The notes beneath the pieces were generated by a model. The model had not been told where the DNA came from. It was given only the letters and a program-made list of their open reading frames with translations, and made no database searches. A stretch of 32,000 nucleotides of DNA, from positions 1,868,954-1,900,953 of the forward strand of contig NZ_CP026995.1 of NCBI RefSeq assembly GCF_013407185.1, written 5' to 3'. A program made the translations under genes and the position numbers. Source of the DNA: Nitrosopumilus ureiphilus (GTDB taxonomy: Archaea > Thermoproteota > Nitrososphaeria > Nitrososphaerales > Nitrosopumilaceae). The stretch's first letter is position 1, and every line of letters starts with the position of its first letter. This document shows positions 15,691-25,201 of this stretch, in pieces.

Positions 15691-17964
15691 TCATCTATTT
15701 CTTAAAACATTAAGTGCAGAACCAGCTTTAAACCATCCAATCTGAGATTGATTGTATGAATGATTAAGTAAAATTTCATCTTTACTTTCATCTCTATGTG
15801 AAATAATACATTTTACTTGTTTGTGTGGTTCCAACTCATTTAATTCTATAAGACTAATTTTATCATCTTCTAAAATTTTTTCATAATCATCTGGATTGCT
15901 AAATGTAAGTGCTAAAATTCCTTGTTTTTTCAAATTCGTTTCGTGAATTCTAGCAAGGCTTTTGGTGATTACTGCTGCACATCCTAAATATCGAGGAGAC
16001 ATTGCAGCATGCTCTCTACTGCTACCTTCACCATAATTATTATCACCTATGATTACCCATCTCATTTGTTTTTCTTTGTATTGTCTTGCAATATTTGAAA
16101 ATGTTTCAAGTTGGTTATTGAGAATGTTCTTACCTTTGCCTACTTCATCATTAAATGCATTGACTGCTCCCAAAAGCATGTTATCACTCAAATTATCTAA
16201 ATGACCTCTAAGTGACAACCATGCGCCAGCAGGAGAAATATGGTCAGTAGTACATTTTCCTTTGGCTTTAACCAGAATTGGTAAATCAACAAAGTCTTTG
16301 CCATCCCATTTTGAAAATGGTTCTAAAAGTTGTAGTCTTTTACTGTTAGGATCAATAATTACTTCAACATCATTTGATTTTTCAGGAGGCGCAATGAAAA
16401 TTCCTTCAGGAATCATAAATCCATTCTCAGGAACTTCTGGTGCAGGTTTGGGAGGGTCTAGTTTGAATTTTGTTCCATCAGAAGCTGTAAGTTCATCTTT
16501 CAATGGATTAAAGGACAATCTACCGCCTAAAGCTAATGCAATAATCATCTCAGGACTGCCAATAAAGTTCAAAGTACTACGATGACCGTCATTTCTTCCT
16601 GGAAAATTTCTGTTAAAGGTAGTAACAATGGTGTTTTTTTCTTCATTTTGTAATTCAGGTCTATTCCATTGTCCAATGCAAGGCCCACATGCATTTGCCA
16701 GAACGGTTGCACCAATTTCCTTAAGAGAGTCCATCTGGCCATCTCTTTCTATGGTTCCACGAATTTGTTCAGAACCTGGAGTAATTAACAAAGGAACTTT
16801 AGACTGGATTCCTTTTTCTTTTGCTTGTTGAGCTATACTTGCAACTCTGGACATGTCTTCATAAGAGGAATTGGTACAACTTCCAATCAATGCAACCGAT
16901 ATTGGATCAACATAATCATTTGATTTTACATCCTCACCTAATTCTGAAATTGTTCTAGCCAAATCAGGAGTATGAGGTCCAACAATATGGGGCTCTAATG
17001 TAGAAAGATTGATTTCAATCACCCTGTCAAAAAAGATTTCGGGATTTAATTCAACTTCAGGATCTGCTACAAGTAATTCTTTACTTTGATTTGCTAATTC
17101 AGCAATTTTTTCTCTGTTTGTATATTTTAGATAAGTTTCCATTCTTTCATCATATGGAAAAATTGAACAAGTTGCACCAATTTCTGCTCCCATATTGGTA
17201 ATAGTAGCTTTACCAGTACAACTGATAGATTTTGTGCCAGGACCAAAATATTCTACAATAGAATTAGTTCCTCCAGAAACCGTTAATTCTTCTGCAACTT
17301 TTAGTATGATATCTTTAGGTGCTGTCCATCCATTAAGTTCTCCAGTTAATTTAACACCAATTTTTTTTGGGTAAAGTAACTCCCAAGGAAGTCCTGCCAT
17401 AGTTTCAGCTGCATCTAATCCACCTACACCAACTGCAATCATTCCCAGTCCACCAGCATTTGGAGTGTGAGAATCCGTACCAATCATCAGGCCTCCTGGA
17501 AATGCATAATTTTCAAGAACTACCTGATGAATGATTCCAGCCCCAGGTTTCCAAAAACCACACCCATGTTTTGCAGCTGCAGATTGCAAGAATTTGAAAA
17601 CCTCGCTATTTTCATCAAGGGAAACCTTCATGTCAACATCACCTTGAACTTCAGCTCTAATCAGATGATCACAATGGACAGTTGTTGGCAAGGCAGATTG
17701 TTTAAGTCCGGCTTGCATAAATTGAAGCATTACCATTTGACCTGTTACGTCTTGTAATGCAACTCTGTCAGGTTTAAGAAAAACATAATCTTTTCCGCCA
17801 GTAAGAGTTTTGTCAGGAATTTCATAAAGGTGTCCAGATAAAATTTTCTCAGTAAGCGTAAGAGGTCTTCCAGTGACGTTTCTATATTTTACAACATTTT
17901 CTTTAATTTTTGAATAGACATTTGAAACAAGTTCAGGGGTAGTATCTATATCCACAGAAAACAT
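15691..17964 (-). CDS. acn: aconitate hydratase (aconitase)
   Basis: 757 aa with aconitase family motifs (IGTDSHTPNAGGLG, GSCTNSSYEDM, NACGPCIGQW, NRNFPGRNDG, the swivel domain with GDNNYGEGSSREHAA). Confidence 0.92.
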   Translation of the reverse strand: MFSVDIDTTPELVSNVYSKIKENVVKYRNVTGRPLTLTEKILSGHLYEIPDKTLTGGKDYVFLKPDRVALQDVTGQMVMLQFMQAGLKQSALPTTVHCDHLIRAEVQGDVDMKVSLDENSEVFKFLQSAAAKHGCGFWKPGAGIIHQVVLENYAFPGGLMIGTDSHTPNAGGLGMIAVGVGGLDAAETMAGLPWELLYPKKIGVKLTGELNGWTAPKDIILKVAEELTVSGGTNSIVEYFGPGTKSISCTGKATITNMGAEIGATCSIFPYDERMETYLKYTNREKIAELANQSKELLVADPEVELNPEIFFDRVIEINLSTLEPHIVGPHTPDLARTISELGEDVKSNDYVDPISVALIGSCTNSSYEDMSRVASIAQQAKEKGIQSKVPLLITPGSEQIRGTIERDGQMDSLKEIGATVLANACGPCIGQWNRPELQNEEKNTIVTTFNRNFPGRNDGHRSTLNFIGSPEMIIALALGGRLSFNPLKDELTASDGTKFKLDPPKPAPEVPENGFMIPEGIFIAPPEKSNDVEVIIDPNSKRLQLLEPFSKWDGKDFVDLPILVKAKGKCTTDHISPAGAWLSLRGHLDNLSDNMLLGAVNAFNDEVGKGKNILNNQLETFSNIARQYKEKQMRWVIIGDNNYGEGSSREHAAMSPRYLGCAAVITKSLARIHETNLKKQGILALTFSNPDDYEKILEDDKISLIELNELEPHKQVKCIISHRDESKDEILLNHSYNQSQIGWFKAGSALNVLRNR

Positions 17965-18111
17965 TGAGCTTCTCCTAGATTTAATAATTTACAATTTAAA
18001 GATTGGAGAAAAATAGCAAGATATCCACCAAATTCCTTAACAATTATAAGCGAAAAGCATGTTTTATTACATTGTTGGGGAGTAGTATGTTTTTAGGAGT
18101 GATTTGCAAAT

Positions 18112-18744
18112 ATGGTCAATAAAGGTTTTCCAAAATTTGGAATGTCACAGGCCGGAGCTTTTGTCGCAGCATTAAAGAATTACAATTTACCAGATTTTAT
18201 TCTAGTTTTAATTGCTAAAGAATGTAAATCAGATCTTCTTGAAAGAGGCAGAATTGATGATAGATTACAAAGTATGAATGATGATGCCTTAGAATTACTA
18301 CACAAAGTTTTTGTGGGTTGTGAGGAAGATGATGCAGGAAAATACGCACAGTATAGATTCTATGCATATGTATCAAGTATGTATCATAAATGTGAAGTTC
18401 TGGTTAACGAAACAATTCCTGGGGCATCAGGAAAAAATCACAAGATTCCTGTTGCAGTAAAAAATAATGGAATGTACATTTCAGTTGCATATAACAAAGC
18501 AACGGGCAATCCTGTTAACAAAAAAGAAACTAATAGATTTTATGAAATGGTAGACGATATTAAAAAAGGAGATCATGGAACAATGCTAGCTGATGCAATT
18601 TATGGTTCTTCAGTAGGATTTAGAGGAGATGCATTAGTTGAGCTTGAGAACTTGAGCAAGTCAAGAACAAATGATCCTGAAAATAAATTAGATTTCAAAA
18701 CAGCAAACTTTGAAAACAACATCTATTCAGTTACAAAGTGTTAA
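18112..18744 (+). CDS. hypothetical protein
   Basis: 210-aa ORF with normal-looking composition. No family recognised. Confidence 0.55.
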   Translation: MVNKGFPKFGMSQAGAFVAALKNYNLPDFILVLIAKECKSDLLERGRIDDRLQSMNDDALELLHKVFVGCEEDDAGKYAQYRFYAYVSSMYHKCEVLVNETIPGASGKNHKIPVAVKNNGMYISVAYNKATGNPVNKKETNRFYEMVDDIKKGDHGTMLADAIYGSSVGFRGDALVELENLSKSRTNDPENKLDFKTANFENNIYSVTKC

Positions 18745-18757
18745 TTTTAAAAATTAT

Positions 18758-19324
18758 TTACAAATTTAATTGAGAAATATCGATTGTTAGAAACATAGGT
18801 TTACCATTAGTTTTTTGAAAGTCTTCACCATACTGCTCAAATTCTAATTGTTCAAAGAGATGTTTTGTCCAAATATCATGAACTTCTTGGATGAATTTTT
18901 TGTGTCCAAGTTTTCGTAAAAACTCATGGAGTAAAATATGAGATACAGTAGTACAGTTTTTTTCTGCAAGAAACAACATATCATTTGCTTGTTTAGGAGG
19001 TTGCCAAAATACCAATCCAAAATTTTCAGCATGATATCCATCACAGGTACAATCAGTCCATAATGGTTTGAAATGAGTAAGGTAAAAATGATAGATGTCT
19101 TTTCCTCTTTGTTCGTGATCACGTACAAATGTATGAGTATCTAGTCTTTGAAGAACACTTCTTGGTTTTGTAATCAATTCGTCGCATTGAACTTCATAAT
19201 CTATACCAAATTTTTTTTTAATCCATAATTTGTAAAATTGGCTCATTTTTTTAATATACTCAAATTCAAATTTTCGTTTTTCACGATCTTCTTCTTTTAC
19301 AACAAAAATAAAATGTAAAATCAT
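18758..19324 (-). CDS. hypothetical protein (His/Cys-rich core, possible metal site)
   Basis: 188 aa with WTDCTCDGYH and SHILLHEFLRKLGH. The spacing is not a canonical HExxH, so no peptidase call is made. Confidence 0.55.
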   Translation of the reverse strand: MILHFIFVVKEEDREKRKFEFEYIKKMSQFYKLWIKKKFGIDYEVQCDELITKPRSVLQRLDTHTFVRDHEQRGKDIYHFYLTHFKPLWTDCTCDGYHAENFGLVFWQPPKQANDMLFLAEKNCTTVSHILLHEFLRKLGHKKFIQEVHDIWTKHLFEQLEFEQYGEDFQKTNGKPMFLTIDISQLNL

Positions 19325-19342
19325 AATAAGAAAAAAGGGTGT

Positions 19343-19597
19343 TTATGTTTGGCCTTCAATACCCATTAGGGTAAGAGTTGAACGAATTTTTTCGATTTTT
19401 CTGATCTTCCAAGTAATTGTTTCTCTTAGTTTTTCTACAGTATCAGATTCAATTTTGGCCAAAATATCATATGCACCAAAAGTTCCATGAACTTCCTTCA
19501 CACCTTCTAAGCCTTTGAGTTGCTGAATAATAGCTTCCTCAGAGCCTAGTTCACAGTTTATTAAAACATAAGCTGTTGCCATATTTTCGTTAAACAA
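19343..19597 (-). CDS. stand-alone Lrp/AsnC-type ligand-binding (RAM) domain protein
   Basis: 84 aa. The pattern AYVLINCELGSEEAIIQQLKGLEGVKEVHGTFGAYDILAKIES is typical of the AsnC C-terminal domain. No HTH. Confidence 0.75.
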   Translation of the reverse strand: MFNENMATAYVLINCELGSEEAIIQQLKGLEGVKEVHGTFGAYDILAKIESDTVEKLRETITWKIRKIEKIRSTLTLMGIEGQT

Positions 19598-19625
19598 ATC
19601 GACTATATCAATAAACCGATTGGAG

Positions 19626-20063
19626 TTATTTTTGAGAAATATTTAAGATAGCATCCCAAAGTGGCTTTGGAACAGGCATTACGGATAATCTAGAAATTCT
19701 AATTAGTTCCCAATCTTTGAATTTTTTATCTTTTTTCATTTCATCTAATGTTACAGGACGTTTCAATGTTTTTTTATATTTTACATCTACAACAATAAAA
19801 CGTTCATTATCCTCTTTTGGGTTCGGATAAGGTTTTGATGTTATTTGCATTATTCCAACAGCTTGTCTCTCATCACCAGTATGATAAAATAAAACAAGGT
19901 CACCAGATTTCATTTCTTTCATATGTTTTAATGCAAGATTGTTATGAACTCCATCCCATACGGTTATTTTTTCTTTTTTTAGTTGCTCAAAGTTGTATCC
20001 TCTTGGGCCGCTGGGTTCTTGTTTTGCCAACCAATAGTGTATCATTTGATTTTTCTGTATCAA
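19626..20063 (-). CDS. EVE (PUA-like) domain protein
   Basis: 145 aa with YWLAKQEP...W.GV.N..A...MK.MK.GD.VLFYHTG....VG, characteristic of EVE/DUF55. Confidence 0.8.
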   Translation of the reverse strand: MIQKNQMIHYWLAKQEPSGPRGYNFEQLKKEKITVWDGVHNNLALKHMKEMKSGDLVLFYHTGDERQAVGIMQITSKPYPNPKEDNERFIVVDVKYKKTLKRPVTLDEMKKDKKFKDWELIRISRLSVMPVPKPLWDAILNISQK

Positions 20064-20095
20064 GGGATGTTTTATCTTTTAAAAAAATTAATGTT

Positions 20096-20280
20096 CCCCG
20101 GTTCTGACTCGCACAAAATCATGGGTACATAGCCATAAGCCTCCTCGCGTTCTGAAACCGGGGTTGCCCATAATGTAGCACGCCTGGGTGAATTAGAAAT
20201 CATTGGTATCATAACGATCGACATCATCCTAATCCGTCTGCGTGCCTGCTCTTGGGCGATTATAATGGAACTATTCCTAC
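20096..20280 (-). ncRNA. candidate structured non-coding RNA, class unknown
   Basis: A ~185-nt island at ~50% GC (30/60 hand count at 20101-20160) in a much more AT-rich background. 8-bp stem 20096-20103/20156-20163, plus three nested helices (20166-70/20253-57, 20178-83/20240-45, 20192-96/20229-33). One pair is G-U only on the minus transcript. Confidence 0.4.
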
Positions 20281-20359
20281 TAAAAACCATTTAGTGAATT
20301 ACTATATTAAAATAATTTTTTAAAATTAAAAATAAATTTCTAAGAAATACGGAATTTGT

Positions 20360-20620
20360 ATGGAAATCAAAAATACAGGAATTTTTTTTATTGGAATTAT
20401 AGTTTTGATTTTAGGATTATTGATTATTATTTTTGATTATCCACAAATCGAGCTTTTTGAAAAGATGGATACAGAGTCATATTACTTGATGAATGAAGAA
20501 AAGAAGGATTTTCATCAAAGATTGATTTTTGAATTTTCTATTGGAATAGTAATTTTAGCATTAGGTATTTTGTTACTAATTATATCATTACTAAGAAGAT
20601 TTGAAAAGGAAGTCAGATAG
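20360..20620 (+). CDS. small two-TM membrane protein (hypothetical)
   Basis: 86 aa with two clear hydrophobic helices. Its 3' end overlaps the convergent pheT by 30 nt, which lowers confidence. Confidence 0.45.
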   Translation: MEIKNTGIFFIGIIVLILGLLIIIFDYPQIELFEKMDTESYYLMNEEKKDFHQRLIFEFSIGIVILALGILLLIISLLRRFEKEVR

Positions 20621-22255
20621 AGAGATTTCAAATCCAACTACTTTAGATTGAATTTTGTAATTTTCAATAACTTTTGAATTAATTTCCCCAATAACCCCTA
20701 GAGGTGCATTATTTACAATAACTGTTGCACATCGTCCTTCTTCAAATAAAGAATCAGACGAAGTCTTTGTTTCAAGATCAGTTCCGAATCCAATCTTTAA
20801 TGCAGATTGTAATATGGATTTGATTTCAGTAAAATTTGCATCTTTATGTGCACTAATCCCAGAAAAATTAATTTTTTCAGAAATGGGATCATCTAATGAA
20901 AACACACTACCAGTTTCAAATAATTTTTGAGGATAAGATTCATGTATATTTCTAGAAAGATTTTCTAATAATCCAGGGAGAATAGAGTTGCGTAAAATTG
21001 TGTGCTCTTGACTTTTTGAATCAAGTACTGAAAGAATTTTTGAAGGATTTCGTCCAGTCATATCATATAATACTCGTTTACTTGTTAAACTCGAATTCAA
21101 TGCCTCAAGATAACCAAGACCAATCATGATCTGATCAAGGGATTTCAATTTATTTGAGACAGGGTTTATTCGACCAATAGTTTGTGAAGGTGAGAATGTT
21201 GGCTCTAGATTTTGAATTCCATACCCCAGGGCAATTTCTTCTACCAAATCCATTGGCCCAAATATATCAAATCTATATGCAGGAATTGTGCAAAGAATGT
21301 TTTTACCCTTAGATACAGCATTCAATCTTGATTTTTTCAGAGATGAGATAATTTTTGATGTACTAAGATCCAAGCCAAGTGTTTGATTGGCTAAATCAGG
21401 ATTAATAGATATTTTCTTTGGTTCAAATTTTGGAGATGAATTTTTCGAACCAGATATTTGGACATTCTCTAAAGTGAATCCAGCACTTTGTAAAATGGTT
21501 GCAATGACTGAAAGCATATCTTCAGCATCTTCTTTATGGATTCCGGTTACTTCAACAAAGAGATTCTTTGTTTTAGTAGTAACTGTTGTTATATTTGCAT
21601 TAATAATAGGAGGAAAAGAAACAGTTTTTTGATTTGCATCCAAAATTAGAGGCACTTGTGAAGAACTTCCAAGAATTGACCCATATTCTTTTCCTACATA
21701 AACAGTGTTTAGTATTTCAGAAATAGACATCTCAGTATCAGAATTTAATGGAACGAATTTATGATTTCTATTGGTGGTTGTGTAAACAAGAGGAAAAGTG
21801 ATTTTATCTAGATCATGTATTCCAATTGAAGATTTCTTTCTTTTTCTCCCAATTCCAAAATGAAGATCTTCTTGCATCACCATAAGTTGTTTGATAATTT
21901 TATCATCAATTTTTCCATTTTTTGCAACAATACCAGTTACAAAAGGTCGAATTTTTGACACTGAGGGTTTTACAGAAATTCTATACTTGTTGGATTTTTT
22001 TATATTTAGTTTAATTGCACCTGTTTTGATTCCAAGTAATCCTTGCAAACCTAGTGCAATTCCAAAATCAGTAGAGTAGTCAGGTCTATTGGGACTATAC
22101 TCAATTCGGACTAAATCCTTGTCTTCAGATTCAACATCTAATCCAAGAAAGGGTAAAGAATCAGAAATTTGTTTTTTTGTAACTTTGCCAACTAATTTTT
22201 GAAGACTGGAATAAGATAATTCAACTACTGGCATTTCGTAGCACTCCTTAACCAA
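20591..22255 (-). CDS. pheT: phenylalanyl-tRNA synthetase beta subunit (archaeal type)
   Basis: 554 aa with the B3_4/B5-type layout (LVRIEYSPNRPDYSTDFGIALGL, IHDLDKI). It lies downstream of and overlaps pheS. The true start may be the MPVVEL Met 7 codons in. Confidence 0.9.
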   Translation of the reverse strand: MVKECYEMPVVELSYSSLQKLVGKVTKKQISDSLPFLGLDVESEDKDLVRIEYSPNRPDYSTDFGIALGLQGLLGIKTGAIKLNIKKSNKYRISVKPSVSKIRPFVTGIVAKNGKIDDKIIKQLMVMQEDLHFGIGRKRKKSSIGIHDLDKITFPLVYTTTNRNHKFVPLNSDTEMSISEILNTVYVGKEYGSILGSSSQVPLILDANQKTVSFPPIINANITTVTTKTKNLFVEVTGIHKEDAEDMLSVIATILQSAGFTLENVQISGSKNSSPKFEPKKISINPDLANQTLGLDLSTSKIISSLKKSRLNAVSKGKNILCTIPAYRFDIFGPMDLVEEIALGYGIQNLEPTFSPSQTIGRINPVSNKLKSLDQIMIGLGYLEALNSSLTSKRVLYDMTGRNPSKILSVLDSKSQEHTILRNSILPGLLENLSRNIHESYPQKLFETGSVFSLDDPISEKINFSGISAHKDANFTEIKSILQSALKIGFGTDLETKTSSDSLFEEGRCATVIVNNAPLGVIGEINSKVIENYKIQSKVVGFEISLSDFLFKSS

Positions 22256-23613
22256 TTCAAATTATTATTGTAAAATTCCCTAACATCATCTAACTCATAT
22301 TTTAGCATTGCAATTCTTTCAATACCACCACCCCAAGCCAAAACAGATTTTGATATACCAAGGGGTTTTGTTACTTCAGGTCTGAAAATTCCCATTCCAA
22401 ACAATTCAATCCATTTTCCTAATCTTTCATTATACACCATAGTTTGTAGAGATGGTTCTGTATATGGAAAGAATGTTGGCCAAAATTTGATTTTTGTAAT
22501 TCCTATTCGTTTGTAAAATTCTCGTTGAATTCCCATTAAATTTCTTAGAGTGGCATCTTTTCCAACTACAACACCCTCAATTTGATTAAATTCTACTAGA
22601 TGCTTGTAACTAACTTTTTCATTTCTAAATACACGTCCCAATGAGAAAACCCTTGCCTCATCGGGTTTATTTTCTGCAAGATGTTTAATAGTAACACAAG
22701 TAGTATGAGTTCTCAAAACCATTTTGCGTGCCTCATTAATATCCCAATGATAACGCCAATTCTTTTTGTGAGATTCAGACACTTTTTTTATTTGTTCAGA
22801 ATTTGCAATTTTTTTAGCAGACACACCATCAAGATAAAATGTATCCTGTAGTTCTCTTGCAGGATGGTCTTGTGGGGTAAATAATGCATCAAAATTCCAA
22901 AAACTAGATTGAGTCATATTCCCTATAATTTCTGAAAATCCTAAAGTGACAAAAATTTCACGTATTTCATCAATTGTGTCTTTTAAAGGATGAGTTCTTG
23001 CGACAAACACTTGGGGAACTTTGGCTTCAACATCTATTGCTCCCGAGGAATTTGAAATTTCTAATAATTTTGCCGAATCAGTCAGAGTTATTTCTTTAGT
23101 TGTAATAACATCCTCAATAATAAAATCAGGTCTTTTCAAAAGTCCTAATAGATCATTTTTATCAATTTCATTTAGAGGTATTTGGTTAGCACCTATTTGC
23201 TTGAGAGTTTTTTCACCAGGAAGTTCTGATGGCAAATTTTGAAGTGAGATTTCTTCAGAAGAAGTTTGAACCCAATTATTTTTTCTAGCTAATCCTATAG
23301 CAGGTCCAAAAATATATCCCAGCTCTTTTTGTAGTTCAGATAATTTTCTAGGTCCATCTTTTAGTAAATTTAGTAACCTTCTTTCAGGCAATCCTTTTTG
23401 AAAAGATTCAATTCCATTTTTACCTAAACTAATTATACTTGTTTTTGATTCATCTACAATTGCTAATTCTTTGAGTTTTAACCATTCAATTCCTCGTCGA
23501 ATTTGATCTGGTGAAAGTTTAGTTGATTTTTCAAGTAGTTCAGGAGTTTGTTTTGGATTATCTTTTAGAGAACTGATAATTTTTTTTTCAATATCATGAA
23601 AAACTTGTGACAA
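22225..23613 (-). CDS. pheS: phenylalanyl-tRNA synthetase alpha subunit (archaeal type)
   Basis: 462 aa with class II motifs (HPARELQDTFY; RVFRNE; WGGGIERIAMLKY). Confidence 0.92.
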   Translation of the reverse strand: MSQVFHDIEKKIISSLKDNPKQTPELLEKSTKLSPDQIRRGIEWLKLKELAIVDESKTSIISLGKNGIESFQKGLPERRLLNLLKDGPRKLSELQKELGYIFGPAIGLARKNNWVQTSSEEISLQNLPSELPGEKTLKQIGANQIPLNEIDKNDLLGLLKRPDFIIEDVITTKEITLTDSAKLLEISNSSGAIDVEAKVPQVFVARTHPLKDTIDEIREIFVTLGFSEIIGNMTQSSFWNFDALFTPQDHPARELQDTFYLDGVSAKKIANSEQIKKVSESHKKNWRYHWDINEARKMVLRTHTTCVTIKHLAENKPDEARVFSLGRVFRNEKVSYKHLVEFNQIEGVVVGKDATLRNLMGIQREFYKRIGITKIKFWPTFFPYTEPSLQTMVYNERLGKWIELFGMGIFRPEVTKPLGISKSVLAWGGGIERIAMLKYELDDVREFYNNNLNWLRSATKCQ

Positions 23614-23664
23614 TAGCAGAAAGTTCGAAAAAGACTTTTTAAACCTTAACCTAAGTCAAATTGA

Positions 23665-24777
23665 ATGTCAGCTGATGACTTTATTGTGACTCCTTGGCAT
23701 GTTGAAGGAGATATTGACTATGATAAACTAATCAAGAAATTTGGGACTGAAAAAATTTCATCTGATTTACTAGGAAGAATCAGGAGTGTAGCGGGAGAGG
23801 ATCATTTCATGCTCAGACGAGGTATTTTCTTCTCACATAGAGAAATGAACAGAATTTTGGATGACTATCAAAAGGGAATTAAATTTTTTCTATACACAGG
23901 AAGAGGACCTTCAGGTCATACTCATATTGGGCATCTAGTGCCATGGGTATTTTCAAAATGGCTTCAGGAAAAATTTGATGTTAACATGTATTTTCAGCTT
24001 ACAGATGATGAGAAATTTTTTTCAAAACCCAATCTAACTTTAGAAGAGACGCATAAATTCGCTTATGAAAATGCTCTTGATTTTATTGCATTAGGTTTCA
24101 AACCAGATAAAACAAAAATCATCATCAATACTGAAAATATTCAAACACTTTATCCAATTGCAGCTCAAGTTGCAAAGAAAATTAATTTTTCTAATACAAA
24201 AGCAACATTTGGTTTTACAAATGAAACAAACATCGGAATGATTTTCTACACATCATTGCAATCAGCACCATGTTTCATTGAAGATAAACCAGTTTTGATT
24301 CCATTAGGAGTGGATCAAGATCCTCATTTTAGATTAACAAGAGATATTGCCCCAAAAATTGGAAAGCCAAAACCCGCATTAATTCACAACATAATGATTC
24401 CTGCATTAGAAGGTCCTGGAGGAAAAATGTCAGCTTCGGCAGATAATGGAACGATTTACACGACTGATGCACCAAATGTGGTAAAGAAAAAAATCAACAA
24501 ACATGCATTTTCGGGAGGTCAACCAGATGTTGAACAGCATAGAAAGATTGGTGGAAATCCAGATATCGATGTTTCATATCAATACTTGAGAATATTTTTT
24601 GAACCAGATGATAATAAATTAAAATCAATTTATGAAGATTATAAATCTGGAAAATTACTCTCAGGAGAATTAAAGGCAATTTTAATTGAGAAAATTAATG
24701 GTTTTCTATTAGTTCATCAAGAGAAAAGGGAAAAAGCAAAAGACAAGATTCATGAATTTCTTTTGGAGAATAAATGA
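23665..24777 (+). CDS. trpS: tryptophanyl-tRNA synthetase (archaeal/eukaryotic type)
   Basis: 370 aa with YTGRGPSGHTHIGHLVPW (the HIGH region) and KMSAS. Size and motifs fit TrpRS rather than TyrRS. Confidence 0.85.
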   Translation: MSADDFIVTPWHVEGDIDYDKLIKKFGTEKISSDLLGRIRSVAGEDHFMLRRGIFFSHREMNRILDDYQKGIKFFLYTGRGPSGHTHIGHLVPWVFSKWLQEKFDVNMYFQLTDDEKFFSKPNLTLEETHKFAYENALDFIALGFKPDKTKIIINTENIQTLYPIAAQVAKKINFSNTKATFGFTNETNIGMIFYTSLQSAPCFIEDKPVLIPLGVDQDPHFRLTRDIAPKIGKPKPALIHNIMIPALEGPGGKMSASADNGTIYTTDAPNVVKKKINKHAFSGGQPDVEQHRKIGGNPDIDVSYQYLRIFFEPDDNKLKSIYEDYKSGKLLSGELKAILIEKINGFLLVHQEKREKAKDKIHEFLLENK

Positions 24778-25055
24778 AAATCAACATTACATTTGATGAC
24801 AAATATGAGGTTCAAAAATTTGCAAGTCTCATATTTATAAAAGAAGGAAAAGAGACATACATTACATCAATTCTGAATATCATAAAAAATGAATTGGTTA
24901 TTTCATTGAAAGATAAATCAGCTCATAGTATTTTGTTCAAAAATGAGGAAAATGTGGAAAAATTTGCAGATTTTATTCAATCAGTACTTGATAAAGAACA
25001 CAAAATAATTTCTACCAAAGTCAATGAATTCAATATAGAAATTATTAAGGAATAA
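24774..25055 (+). CDS. hypothetical protein
   Basis: 93 aa. ATGA stop/start overlap with trpS suggests co-translation. Confidence 0.5.
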   Translation: MKINITFDDKYEVQKFASLIFIKEGKETYITSILNIIKNELVISLKDKSAHSILFKNEENVEKFADFIQSVLDKEHKIISTKVNEFNIEIIKE

Positions 25056-25201
25056 TCTTAGAACCAAATGCAGTATAGAGTGCTACTATACCAACCACTA
25101 TAATCAAAGAAATTCCCAGTGCTTTAAAATCGCCATTCATGGTATTATTCTAAAATAATTATAATTAAAGTGTTAATAAATTATCAAGAATGATTTTAGG
25201 A

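Noticed and set aside
18758-19324. Metalloprotease call from the LLHEFLRKLGH motif
   Set aside because: The spacing is HExxxxxxH, not HExxH or HExxHxxGxxH, so the evidence for a zincin is insufficient.
20072-20290. 72-aa ORF from the track
   Set aside because: The protein sequence is implausible (MVFSRNSSIIIAQEQARRRIRMMSIVMIPMISNSPRR...). The locus is a GC-rich, helix-forming island, which is better explained as RNA.
25045-25140. 31-aa minus-strand hydrophobic mini-ORF (MNGDFKALGISLIIVVGIVALYTAFGSKIIP) downstream of the trpS operon
   Set aside because: It has a plausible TM peptide, but it overlaps the 3' end of 24774-25055 and has no other support. It is too weak to report as a feature.
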